From: Azolla caroliniana
Taxonomy: Eukaryota > Plantae > Polypodiophyta
Assembly (NCBI GenBank): GCA_043228905.1
Contig: JBHGNT010000382.1
Span: 1-29,993, forward strand
Direction: 5' to 3'
DNA length: 29,993 nt
Part shown: positions 29,754 through 29,993 of the stretch, one piece after another
Position numbering within the stretch: the first letter of the stretch is position 1
Layout: every line of letters starts with the position of its first letter
Position numbers and translations under genes: made by a program
The notes under the pieces: model-generated
The model's database searches: none
Seen by the model: only the letters and a program-made list of their open reading frames with translations
What the model was told of the DNA's origin: nothing

Positions 29754-29993
29754 AGATCTATGCAGCCCATTAGTGGTTTCATTTCCTCTATGCAAGTTAG
29801 CAATGTGTTCTTAGCTCAAGTAATGGTTAATACTAAAAGTACTCCTCCAGTACATGTCTTAGCACTCTTAGATTCCGGAGCCAACTCTTGCTTCATGGAT
29901 AGGAATTTTGCCCAAGCTCATCAGATATCCCTAAAGAAACTCCCATGTCCAGCCTTTGTAGTAGTCATTGATTGTCATCCCATTGCTTCTGGG
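29754..29993 (+). mobile_element. pol: Third chromovirus copy: protease region, continuing past the window end
   Basis: RSMQPISGFISSMQVSNVFLAQV..LALLDSGANSCFMDRNFAQ is homologous to 23430-23190, in the opposite orientation. Confidence 0.92.

Overview
This window is eukaryotic, gene-free heterochromatin made almost entirely of nested LTR retrotransposons; I found no cellular protein-coding gene. The host is probably a non-seed land plant such as a fern, lycophyte or bryophyte (inference from the self-priming chromovirus and a plastid-type tRNA). Target-site duplications (TSDs) and reading frames that rejoin across insertions resolve at least 12 element pieces. The youngest is an intact Ty3/Gypsy chromovirus (19453-25138, minus strand) with apparently identical 439-bp LTRs, a TCTTA TSD, a self-priming PBS, a -1 frameshift signal and a perfect heat-shock element. 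A complete but degenerate Copia (6948-17396) carries a gag-only tRNA-Trp-primed element and a plastid fragment with trnG-GCC. The most unusual signals are tRNA-like A/B-box cassettes lying antisense in the U3 of two different LTR families, and Copia elements with a duplicated PPT, one of which reads through into a roughly 210-aa C-terminal extension. Letter names A-I are mine, and all alignments were done by eye.
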